Of a DNA stretch of 64,000 nucleotides, positions 55,310 through 64,000 are shown piece after piece. The position numbers and the translations under genes are program-made. The stretch comes from Naegleria gruberi. Taxonomy: Eukaryota. The stretch is taken from the NCBI GenBank assembly GCA_000004985.1, contig GG738880.1; one strand, given 5' to 3'. Within the stretch, counting starts at the first letter, position 1. Every line of letters starts with the position of its first letter. The notes beneath the pieces are model-generated. The model made no database searches, had not been told where the DNA came from, and saw nothing but the letters and a program-made list of their open reading frames with translations.

Positions 55310-57544
55310 ATGATTCCACCTCCGCCACCACCACTGAGTGGTTCATCACCATCAACTAATCGACTTCCACCACCTCCCCCTTCTTCTTTGATTTCAATTC
55401 CGAAGCAACCAAAGAAGAAAATTATAGAAAAGAAAAAACCAGAAGAAGAAATCAAGCAGCAAATTGATGAGGAAATTGTTCAGCAGCATCAGCAATTTGT
55501 GGTGGATGAATCAATGGTGGTTAAGGATTTGTGTTCGTTATCGGGAGTTAATCCATTGTATAGTGATTTGAAGATTTTGTTGGTGGCTACATTTTCAAGA
55601 CCAAATCATAGTGCTAAGGTTTTGGAAGAATCAATTCAAAATTCAATTCTGGAAAGTGGTAGAACTCCTGATATTGTATTGACCCCTGAAGGTTGGCATG
55701 CAAGTCCACTCATGTCAACACCTGATAGAAATATTGTAATGAATAAGGAATTGGAGGGAATGTGTCAAGTAATGAAGAATCACAAATGTTATGGATTTAT
55801 TGGAGTGAAGGTGTGGGCAGTTGATGAAAAATTAAAGCCAATCAACAAGTACTACAACTCAATGATAGTAATCAATCCAGATGGTGAAGTGTTGGGCTGT
55901 TACCGAAAGAGAGTACCAACCAGTGCTGAGAGTAGTACTCCTGGTGATAGGATTGGAATTTTTGATACCATCTATGGAAGGATTGCAGTATTGATTTGTT
56001 TTGATATTGAGAATCAAGTAATTTTGGATGAAGTTTTGGCTTACAAACCATTCCTTATTTTAAATCCAACTTATATTGGAGGAGTTGGTTTGCATGATAA
56101 CACACTTTCAAAGAAATCTACTCTAATGACTGAAAATGAGGAGAAATCGAGAAGATTTCAAGTGAAAATCTCTCTTGAAGCTCTTGGCAGAAATTTTGAA
56201 AAAGTTTGCAAAGATAATAATGTGACCATTCTAAGATGTGACACTCCAGTTCACTATGGAGGAAGAGGAACTCACCAATTGATGACACCTTATTCTACCG
56301 TTTACCCACCATCATATTATGCAGAGAATTCATTTTCTTTCTATGTGGATAGAGTTGGTGTGGTTGGTAATAATTTTGCTGAAAATACTGAACCTCCAGA
56401 AAGAGAAAGAACTCACAATGAAGACAATGTTGGTCCAAGATATACCTTGTTTAGTAATTCTCATCAGGATGTTGTTTTGAGGTCAGAAAACATCAATCCA
56501 AATTTCAAGGTTACATTCTTCAATCACAACAGACTCATTTGTTCTGATGAAAGAAGAATTACAGTTGTAAATACAGATATTATGGCATGTGAAAATTTCT
56601 CACTGGATCATGTATCACTTTCAGTTGATTCAGATGGAAATTTCAAAGTGAATGATTCTAAAATTGATGAAGAAATTAGAATTGTAGATATTTGGACTAG
56701 ATTTGATAAGAAACACCTTATTGTCTTGATGAGTGATGGAAATGTTGGATTATTCAAAGTTTTAGACGAGGAACGTTTGAAGGTTGCTAATAATTCCATT
56801 TTGTGTTTGGAGAAACAATTCAAATGGGATTGCTCTCTTGTTGATCCAAATTCGAGAATTATTGCTCCAAATAATAACATGCTATTCATTGCCTCAAGCA
56901 AGAGTATTGTACAATTAGGCAATTTGAGCGGTGGAGAATTTATTGGAAAGACATTTTTATTGGAGAATGAAGTTTCCAAGCATGTTAGTATCTCTGATAG
57001 CATGATTGAGTACCTTTCCCTTAATAACAAATCAATCAGCTTGGTGTTATTGGATCTTTCAACAGGAAACTCCTCCATTTCCAGCACTTTAAATTTAGAA
57101 GAAATTTCTTCAAAAAGATTAGAATCATCTCTCGAGCCAAATTCTTTCATTCTCACTGAATTCGACCCAAGCAATCAGAATGTAATCTCCCTCACCCCTC
57201 TCAAAGTTCAAAACCATCAAATAAGCATTCAACCTAACCATGTAAAATTACCAGAAAATTCCTCCTCTATCATATCCCTCAATTCCTCCAAATTCATTTG
57301 TGGTCAACAAGATGGCACTCTCAAATTATTGGATTCCTCATGCTCTTCTGATTTGATAAGACATAAATTCCATCCTTATCCATCCCTCAAATCAACACGA
57401 GTTGTTTCACTCATCCATGATAAACAAAATGGTAGATTGATATCAATTCATCAACACAAAACACAACCAGATGGATACTTACTCTGTATGGCCAAGTTTG
57501 GAAATAATAGATTTGTGGCCAATCTCACTACTCTCTTTCAATAA
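55310..57544 (+). CDS. Carbon-nitrogen hydrolase (nitrilase superfamily) domain protein with a poly-Pro N-terminus and a C-terminal extension of about 450 aa
   Basis: Seen: MIPPPPPPLSGSS...PPPPPSS at the N-terminus. CN-hydrolase triad contexts are present: DIVLTPEGW (Glu), GCYRKRVP (Lys) and IAVLICFDIENQ (Cys). The C-terminal half has no recognised motif. It may be a beta-propeller, which is inference. Confidence 0.6.
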   Translation: MIPPPPPPLSGSSPSTNRLPPPPPSSLISIPKQPKKKIIEKKKPEEEIKQQIDEEIVQQHQQFVVDESMVVKDLCSLSGVNPLYSDLKILLVATFSRPNHSAKVLEESIQNSILESGRTPDIVLTPEGWHASPLMSTPDRNIVMNKELEGMCQVMKNHKCYGFIGVKVWAVDEKLKPINKYYNSMIVINPDGEVLGCYRKRVPTSAESSTPGDRIGIFDTIYGRIAVLICFDIENQVILDEVLAYKPFLILNPTYIGGVGLHDNTLSKKSTLMTENEEKSRRFQVKISLEALGRNFEKVCKDNNVTILRCDTPVHYGGRGTHQLMTPYSTVYPPSYYAENSFSFYVDRVGVVGNNFAENTEPPERERTHNEDNVGPRYTLFSNSHQDVVLRSENINPNFKVTFFNHNRLICSDERRITVVNTDIMACENFSLDHVSLSVDSDGNFKVNDSKIDEEIRIVDIWTRFDKKHLIVLMSDGNVGLFKVLDEERLKVANNSILCLEKQFKWDCSLVDPNSRIIAPNNNMLFIASSKSIVQLGNLSGGEFIGKTFLLENEVSKHVSISDSMIEYLSLNNKSISLVLLDLSTGNSSISSTLNLEEISSKRLESSLEPNSFILTEFDPSNQNVISLTPLKVQNHQISIQPNHVKLPENSSSIISLNSSKFICGQQDGTLKLLDSSCSSDLIRHKFHPYPSLKSTRVVSLIHDKQNGRLISIHQHKTQPDGYLLCMAKFGNNRFVANLTTLFQ

Positions 57545-57646
57545 TTATTATTGTAATGTACATAAATCCTAGCATTAATTTATTCATAGTAAATAGTTCA
57601 ATAATTCTCACCAAGAATAAATTCAATATTCTCATATAATTATCAA

Positions 57647-58441
57647 TTAAATTCCTTCAGCTTGTTGTTTTTTTCTTTCCTTGTAATATTTCCAACAATT
57701 TTGAGTTTCAAACGTAACATAAATTGCCATATAAATCAAGCATCCAACTGCAACACATCCAAACACTATCGACACTGTTTTCATTACCAATCTTGGTCCA
57801 TAAACATAGGCAAATGAAGTTTTAGCAGTTTCGTCTCCAATCGAATATGCATTAATATAACACTTTGTAGTAGAATTAACAGTCAATGTAGTAAAAAACA
57901 ATGATGATGATGCATACGGTTCAGTCCTCCTAATTTGACGTAAATTTGTCACTGTACTATTAAAACTTGTATTCTCCAGGGTAAGTTTCACCTTCGATCG
58001 ACAGAATGTTCTACAACCAGCCAATGAATAATTCGCTGGTACAATATCCAAATTATTATTTACACACTCATTGGTACAATTCACTTTATGTTCCATCACA
58101 ATGCACGGCACTGTCGTTGACAATTCTTCATTATCAACCATGCCATCAACAATTCCTCCTAAAATTACAGAAACCAATCCGAATGCACACAACATGACGA
58201 AAATTAACATGGCCCAAAAAGTTGTCTTTTGCGATAGCCACACATAACACACTGAATTTTTGAATTTATCATTTGTAGCATTCCTGTTGTTGCTGATGGG
58301 ATTCTCAGTTTCTTGTGTTGCCATTTTTTTCAATGTGTGCTGATTGGCTAGCGAGTTTGTGCTTGTGGCTTTATTTGTCGAATTGTTCACTGAGTATTTG
58401 GTGACAAGTATGACAGGCCAACCTTTGTAAAGATTCCACAT
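57647..58441 (-). CDS. Hypothetical small membrane protein with a Cys-rich ectodomain; start uncertain
   Basis: Seen: an ORF with two hydrophobic helices (TTFWAMLIFVMLCAFGLVSVILGGIV; TVSIVFGCVAVGCLIYMAIYV) around a Cys-rich, NxS/T-rich segment. The track start is a TTG. The first ATG gives MWNLYKGW. It may instead be a 3' exon of the gene immediately upstream (see findings). Confidence 0.3.
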   Translation of the reverse strand: MWNLYKGWPVILVTKYSVNNSTNKATSTNSLANQHTLKKMATQETENPISNNRNATNDKFKNSVCYVWLSQKTTFWAMLIFVMLCAFGLVSVILGGIVDGMVDNEELSTTVPCIVMEHKVNCTNECVNNNLDIVPANYSLAGCRTFCRSKVKLTLENTSFNSTVTNLRQIRRTEPYASSSLFFTTLTVNSTTKCYINAYSIGDETAKTSFAYVYGPRLVMKTVSIVFGCVAVGCLIYMAIYVTFETQNCWKYYKERKKQQAEGI

Positions 58442-58518
58442 TGTTGCAACTAGGGTGTTTGCAGATGCATTCTTCCTTTGAAAGTAATTGCTCAATTTTG
58501 AACATTGTGCAAGTTTGA

Positions 58519-60219
58519 TTATCTTTGTGAAATAGTGTTAATTTTGGGTATCGTTGGAGAGGAAGAGGATGCAGATACCTCAATCTTTTTCAATTTCTTC
58601 ATTGCCTTTTCGTGATGGAGAACAATTTCCTTCACACAACTCTTCTTACAATTCAAGTGATTGATAATTGGACTCACTTGTTCCTCCTTCTCAATGGAAA
58701 TGTAGAGAGAGGCCTGAACTGATTCATCCACATTGAACAGCACAGAAAAATTGAAAATATTTGGGAAATTGCTTTGGAGCTCTTTGAAATAGTGATACGT
58801 CTTGATGACATTCAATCGACAATAGGTATCACAATGTCCCTGAATCCAAAATCTGATTACATAGTGAATTTGTGAGTGTTTGCTGTGTCCCTTTTGCTTG
58901 ATAGAGGCCATGAGCTTATCCAATAGAACTTTCTTCTTGGAGGAATGTCTGAGTGCATTGGTATCAGCAGATCTTACTTTATAGGTAAACCATGAACGAA
59001 TCCAATCTGGACTTGATGCAAGCACCAAGTAAATGGAGCCCAGATGTTTACCCTTCAAATGACTAGTTTCTTCATCAATTTCAAACTTGGTTTGATTCAA
59101 AATTGGTAATAAATTTTGTTGATTCAGGTAAAAGAGAACATAATTGAGTGCTCTGCTTTTCATGGCATATTTCAATCGTTTTTGTTTCTTTGTACTTGTT
59201 TCGAGTAGATTTTCAAAATGTTGTTGAATAAGTTCAATTGATTCTACCTCCATTGTAGTTCCATAATCCATATTGAGTAAATCAGTAATGTGAATCGTAG
59301 AATAGTCTGAAAATTTGTCCTTTGGTCTATGATTGATAAATATTGATTCCTCTCTTTGTTTATCATGATTAGATTCTTGTTGAATCTTATCTGAAAGTCT
59401 AAAACTCTTCAAAAATCTGGTATATCGATCATTGTTGAATATTGACTGCATATAGGATTTTTGTAAATGTTTAAAATGTACATTTTCCTCTTCCAAATGT
59501 CCTAACTTGTAATCCTCAGAGTAGGCCAATGAAAATCCCTTACTTCCAAACGTCATTTGAATAAAATGTTTGAGAAATGATTCCTGCTGACTGAGTGACA
59601 ATCTACTATCCCATCGATTATACTCCTCCGAATCCAATTTTCCACCAACTTTCTTTGAGTTTGATGAAACTCTCAAAATCATATTTTCCTCCTTAGGAAA
59701 TAAAAATCTGAAATAAATCTTTTCATTCTTCTTAAATCGATCACCAAATGATGCAAATTTCGTATCCCAAGCCAACATGTTAAAGTAATTTCTCTCCTGC
59801 ACCAACGATGAATGAAAAACAAAATCAAAATACACCAACGCAGCAATCTCTGCCAATATAAAATTGTACGGCGAATCCTCCTGCAGCATGATATTCAGAC
59901 GAATTCTATTCTGATTGTAATTATAATTATATTCCTGATCCCTTTTGTATTGATGAGAGTGAACATCGTCGAAAATATTTTCACCACCACCACCACCACC
60001 TCCTCCTCCTCCGAGTGTTGCTGAATCGTGATCAGAACCTCCAGCACCTAATTGGCCATTCAGAGGTGAGGAAGTTGATGATGATGTATGAAGAGCAGAT
60101 TTTTGGATTTGAAAGTAAAAGTAGAAGAATAATTGGATAACTATAAAGATGACTATGAATTTCCTCCGAAAATTGGTTTGATTTTGTTGAAAGGTGTTTC
60201 CCACATTGTCATTGTTCAT
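58519..60219 (-). CDS. Hypothetical type II (signal-anchor) membrane protein with a Gly10 tract; possibly a Golgi-type transferase
   Basis: Seen: ATG start. Short cytosolic tail, then signal anchor FIVIFIVIQLFFYFYF, then a poly-Gly tract (GGGGGGGGGG, encoded by a GGN repeat at about 59975-60010). A luminal domain of about 480 aa has no motif I can assign. Confidence 0.45.
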   Translation of the reverse strand: MNNDNVGNTFQQNQTNFRRKFIVIFIVIQLFFYFYFQIQKSALHTSSSTSSPLNGQLGAGGSDHDSATLGGGGGGGGGGENIFDDVHSHQYKRDQEYNYNYNQNRIRLNIMLQEDSPYNFILAEIAALVYFDFVFHSSLVQERNYFNMLAWDTKFASFGDRFKKNEKIYFRFLFPKEENMILRVSSNSKKVGGKLDSEEYNRWDSRLSLSQQESFLKHFIQMTFGSKGFSLAYSEDYKLGHLEEENVHFKHLQKSYMQSIFNNDRYTRFLKSFRLSDKIQQESNHDKQREESIFINHRPKDKFSDYSTIHITDLLNMDYGTTMEVESIELIQQHFENLLETSTKKQKRLKYAMKSRALNYVLFYLNQQNLLPILNQTKFEIDEETSHLKGKHLGSIYLVLASSPDWIRSWFTYKVRSADTNALRHSSKKKVLLDKLMASIKQKGHSKHSQIHYVIRFWIQGHCDTYCRLNVIKTYHYFKELQSNFPNIFNFSVLFNVDESVQASLYISIEKEEQVSPIINHLNCKKSCVKEIVLHHEKAMKKLKKIEVSASSSSPTIPKINTISQR

Positions 60220-60304
60220 TTTTTTTTAATATTTAATATTTTAAATTTTGTTTAATTTTTAATATTTTTAAATATATTATTGTAAAGGTTGGGTAATATG
60301 AATT

Positions 60305-61435
60305 TTAAATTCTATCAAGTGATATTCCACCCATTCCACAAACTTTCAATTGGTTTTTCATTCCTTTAATATAATTTTCTCCAATAATGTCAATGTCATT
60401 ATTTGTAATACACAAACTTGACAATGATTTCAATTTACTGACAGAAAGTGCACCTTCTGAGCTCAATCCATTTTGGGCCACATCTAGGAATGTTAATTTC
60501 TTCAATTTACTTATCTCTTTCATCCCCTCATCTCCAACATAATTGAATCGAATATTGAGATAGGTCAATTCTTTCAATTCTCCAATACATTTTGCCAAAT
60601 CTGGAGTTACATGATTGTATCCAATATTTAACAATCTTAAATTTTGCAGCTCACCTAAGCATTTCACAGAGCTGGCATGGAATGTGTTTGATTGAATGTC
60701 CAAAGAGGTCAATAATTTGAGTTTACATATAGAATCGATTCCATCATTATGTATTTCATTGCATCCAACATTGAGTTCTGTTAAATTCTCCAATTGACTA
60801 ATTAATTTGGCTCCAGCTGTATTGATATTATTATAGCTCATGTTAAGGAATGTTAAATTTTTCAAATTTGTGCTTATTGATTCAACACCTTCGATACCCA
60901 ATGGATTTTTACAAATGTCAAGATAGGTCAATTGACTCATTTGACTGATTGACTTGGCACCTTGATTGCCAATATGACTTGTTCCAACATCAAGCTTTTT
61001 CAGCTTTGTCAATTGACTTAAAAGTGCAGCTCCTTCATTTCCTATTTGATTTCGGCTAATACTCAGTGATGTTAGATTTTCCATGATGGAAACAAGATTC
61101 GAAACTGTTGATCCACATCCATGTACTTGTAACACCTCGATTTGATTCAAAAATTGACAATTTGAATCCATCAGACTAAACATTCTCTTGTTTAAACTTA
61201 GTGAAAGTTTCAGTCGATTTTTAATAATTCGGAAGAATTGTTTTGAAACCAATAAATATTTCAATACATCACACGATTCAAGATAATTGAAAATTTCATA
61301 GCAAACATCATCGGAAAATACTTCATCTTGATTTAATTTAAATATTTACAAGATTTTAATATATTAAAAGTTTAATAATTATTAACGAAAAGGTGTTTAC
61401 TTACCACTTGATCGTCGTCTTGTTGTCATTAACAT
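60305..61435 (-). CDS. F-box / leucine-rich-repeat protein, 2 exons: join(61435..61405, 61325..60305)
   Basis: Seen: the ORF in the track starts at a TTG inside an F-box (DDVCYEIFNYLESCDVLKYLLVSKQFFRIIKNRL). Extending 5' in frame reaches a TAA just after a CAAG acceptor. A 10-codon first exon, ATG TTA ATG ACA ACA AGA CGA CGA TCA AGT G, ends at GTAAGT in phase 1. This matches the acceptor phase (G + AT = Asp). The intron is 79 nt (61326..61404). About 9 RNI-type LRRs follow. Confidence 0.6.
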
Positions 61436-61559
61436 GATGTGTGAAGATTTTTCAATTTTTTTGGATTTGTATTTCACATTGTGAAATTAGAAAATTTAAA
61501 TTTGTTTGATGAAAATATTAAGGATTGCGTAACAATTATTGTTATTTCAATTAAATTAT

Positions 61560-63770
61560 TTAAAAATAGTTAGAGGTGATGGAGTTGTTGAGTTTTTCGA
61601 GAACTCGTTTGTAGGTTTTTCCAGCTCTTTCGTATCCCATTTTGGCTGAGGTTTCGAATAATTTGATTGCCTCCATTTGATTTGTATCGAGATAGTAACC
61701 ACCCTGATAAAGACAAGCCATAATATAGATGTACAAGGGAGAACTAGGATTGGCTTGACATTGTGCAACGAGAGGTTTCAAAACTGTAAAGGCCAAATCA
61801 TGATATTTCTGTTTACATGCCAACTTTCCACATTTATAATATCCGAAAGGTATCAAAAAGTTTGGAGTGCAAGATGCTTTGTAATAATCGATAGCTCTGT
61901 ACACATTTTGTTTGTATCCACCTTTTCCCTTCTCGAAATAATATCCCTCAATATAAGAGATATAATATTGAGCTTCTGGATATGTATCTTTGGTTTTAGT
62001 GAGACATTCCATAGCTTGTGTGTAATGTTTCTCATAAAAGTACTCTAAACCCAATTTGAATAAGTAAGATTGTTCGTTTGTCTGTAGGAATAGAGAGGTA
62101 AACTTGATGGCAGCCTCCAGATCTTTGAATTTGCCTTTCACTCCACTTATGCACATGAATGCAAGTCCAAAGATTGCGTTCTTGTTACCTCTTGAAACAC
62201 CTGCCTCATAAAACCGTTTTGCATCCTCTCCATTAGCAAAAAATTGATCACTCCTATAAAAATCTCCCAACTTGGTAATTATATCTGTTGTCTTTTCAGA
62301 AATATTGTCAAATAATAATTGCAATAGTCCATTATTTGCATCCAATATTCCAATAAAGTATAAAGTATCTAGCATGGGGTCAGTAAAATTGATTTGATTG
62401 TGTCCATCCTCCTTCTTAACTAGATCAGTTTTGTTACCTGAATCTCTCAGTATCTCAAATTCTTTTCTATAAATTTCCATGCCCTTCTCAAATCCATTTT
62501 GATCTTTAGCCCGTTTCGAAACTCTTGTGTATCGATAGAGAAAGTTAGAATTGTTTAAATGTTTCTCAAAATATGATGCAGCACTTTTGAAGTTATTTAG
62601 GCATACCTCATAGATGTGTCCAATTTGAAAATGAGCTTCTTCTTTTTCAAATCTCTCTAAGATTCTGTAATAATAAATAGCTGTTTTGAAATCCTGTGGT
62701 AAAACAAGAGGAACTCCTTCTTGATAACCTCTAGCCATTTTCTTGATTGCCCTAACATTATTTTGATTTGCTGCCTTTCTATAATAGTCGTAGGCCTGTA
62801 CCCAGTCTTTCTCTACTCCATGACCATTTTCAAATGCCATAGCAACATTAAGAGTGCAATTAGGAACATCTTCAGCTCCCTTTAAATAATTCTCAAAGGC
62901 TGTTTTGTAATCCTTTGCAACGTATCTTCCCTTGTAATACATGTATCCAATAAACTCATAAGCCTTTGGCTCATTTTCACTTGCAAGTGTAAAGAAGTGA
63001 AAGGCCTTTTTGTAATCTTGGAAATCTTTGTTTGAGTAAAAGAATGTTGCAACGTCAAAATATGAATGTAAATGAAGTCTATTAAAACAATAATAGTACT
63101 TGTTCTTATCCGATTCCCAAAAACTAAAGCTTCCAACAACAATCTTAAAGTCTGGATGAAAGGAATCGAATAAATAGCCAATATAACCAGTACGGTTATT
63201 CATAACATCCAACAATCTCAAATTCTTTTTTAAAAGATCAATGAAATTGCTATCCAAAATATGTCTAAAATCTTCATAATTTAATGCCAGTGCTTGTAAC
63301 ACTAAAGTTCTCAAATTATTAAATTTACAAAGGGTCAAAAATGTAATCAACTCTTCTTTGGCTCCTTCAATTTCTCCATATATTGACATATTTACAACAT
63401 TAGATTCATAATTTAACATGTTTGAAAATTTAAATCCACAATTTACACAAATAATTGTCTTGCATTCTCTAAAAATCACTCTGGTTTCTCCTTCAGTAAA
63501 TCTTTCCATCACGAATAGAAATTCACGTACACGTGCCTGATAATTTCTGAAAATTTCTCGGCACCTAGTCGATACCAATGAAAATCTAATCACTTCCAAA
63601 TTATCCAAATATTTTAATATGTGTTCACTAAAAACATCCGAGTCTATTTCATGCAATAGTCTATTTGTTTCAGAAATAATTTTTCGTTGTTTACCAACTG
63701 GTGGCAAATAACGATCATCTGATTCGGAATGATCGCACGAGTCTTCTCTTCTTGTTCTCTTTGAAAGCAT
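61560..63770 (-). CDS. F-box-like / Sel1-repeat (TPR-like) protein; first ATG is at 63770 (the track starts at a TTG)
   Basis: Seen: the N-terminal F-box-like motif LLHEIDSDVFSEHILKYLDNLEVIRFSLVSTRCREIFRN. At least 8 Sel1-like repeats follow (e.g. IGYMYYKGRYVAKDYKTAFENYLKGAE, AMAFENGHGVEKDWVQAYDYYRKAA, LGLEYFYEKHYTQAMECLTK, GYERAGKTYKRVLEKL). Confidence 0.55.
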   Translation of the reverse strand: MLSKRTRREDSCDHSESDDRYLPPVGKQRKIISETNRLLHEIDSDVFSEHILKYLDNLEVIRFSLVSTRCREIFRNYQARVREFLFVMERFTEGETRVIFRECKTIICVNCGFKFSNMLNYESNVVNMSIYGEIEGAKEELITFLTLCKFNNLRTLVLQALALNYEDFRHILDSNFIDLLKKNLRLLDVMNNRTGYIGYLFDSFHPDFKIVVGSFSFWESDKNKYYYCFNRLHLHSYFDVATFFYSNKDFQDYKKAFHFFTLASENEPKAYEFIGYMYYKGRYVAKDYKTAFENYLKGAEDVPNCTLNVAMAFENGHGVEKDWVQAYDYYRKAANQNNVRAIKKMARGYQEGVPLVLPQDFKTAIYYYRILERFEKEEAHFQIGHIYEVCLNNFKSAASYFEKHLNNSNFLYRYTRVSKRAKDQNGFEKGMEIYRKEFEILRDSGNKTDLVKKEDGHNQINFTDPMLDTLYFIGILDANNGLLQLLFDNISEKTTDIITKLGDFYRSDQFFANGEDAKRFYEAGVSRGNKNAIFGLAFMCISGVKGKFKDLEAAIKFTSLFLQTNEQSYLFKLGLEYFYEKHYTQAMECLTKTKDTYPEAQYYISYIEGYYFEKGKGGYKQNVYRAIDYYKASCTPNFLIPFGYYKCGKLACKQKYHDLAFTVLKPLVAQCQANPSSPLYIYIMACLYQGGYYLDTNQMEAIKLFETSAKMGYERAGKTYKRVLEKLNNSITSNYF

Positions 63771-64000
63771 TTTTTTGTAATTGATCAAAAAACAAACAAA
63801 TTTTAAATATTTAAAATATTATTGGAATTCTTGAAGGTGTTGTTTGCCATGTTCATTACAGTTCATTAATAATAAGCAACTGGTTCATTAATATTACTTG
63901 TTTTTATTGCTTTTACATTTTAATGTTCCAATTCTTTAAGTGTTGGATAGTAGACACCTTCTTCTGGAACCCAAACAGTGTTAGAGTTTGATGAGGCAAC

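Noticed and set aside
59975-60010. GGN/CCN repeat at 59975-60010 as a possible satellite or mobile element
   Set aside because: It is in frame and encodes a Gly10 linker inside a long ORF. It has no flanking repeat structure.
1-64000. A prokaryotic-style operon or defence island (CRISPR, toxin-antitoxin and similar)
   Set aside because: Spliceosomal introns, a eukaryotic tRNA with Pol III boxes, signal peptides, and F-box, RGS, IP3R and EGF domains show this is eukaryotic nuclear DNA. No direct-repeat/spacer arrays are present.

Overview
This window is eukaryotic, not prokaryotic. It is AT-rich (roughly one-third GC), gene-dense nuclear DNA from a protist, carrying about 29 protein genes on both strands. 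The genes mostly have long uninterrupted exons and few, very short spliceosomal introns of 38 to about 280 nt. Six introns are well supported: they restore a conserved domain and begin with GTAAGT, GTATGT or GTAGGT. There is one tRNA gene and one 50-nt assembly gap. Intergenic spacers are short, and several convergent gene pairs end within 2 to 45 bp of each other. The gene content (7TM/RGS, a large cyclase-family receptor, IP3-receptor) and the composition are compatible with a heterolobosean amoeba such as Naegleria; that assignment is inference only. The window is dominated by signalling genes. (1) A giant adhesion-GPCR-like gene that the ORF track splits in two: signal peptide, Kelch propeller, EGF repeats, GAIN/GPS, 7TM and a C-terminal RGS domain. 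(2) Two more membrane proteins with RGS-like C-termini next to it. (3) A 2747-aa IP3-receptor/ryanodine-receptor-type Ca2+ release channel whose pore-loop selectivity filter is non-canonical. (4) A multi-pass, PAS-containing receptor-type class III nucleotidyl cyclase with adenylate-type (Lys/Asp) specificity residues; this gene spans the assembly gap. (5) An OCRL-like inositol 5-phosphatase with a RhoGAP domain, lying beside a choline/ethanolamine kinase and a PH-domain protein. Housekeeping and other genes include SURF1, mitochondrial ribosomal protein uL4, a calmodulin-like EF-hand protein, a GH65 glycosidase, a secreted esterase, a carbon-nitrogen hydrolase, four F-box proteins, a C2HC zinc-finger protein with an N-terminal acylation motif, a nucleotidyltransferase-fold protein and tRNA-Arg(ACG). 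Several starts in the ORF track are TTG/GTG artefacts and have been moved to the first ATG. No CRISPR array, rRNA or obvious transposon was seen.
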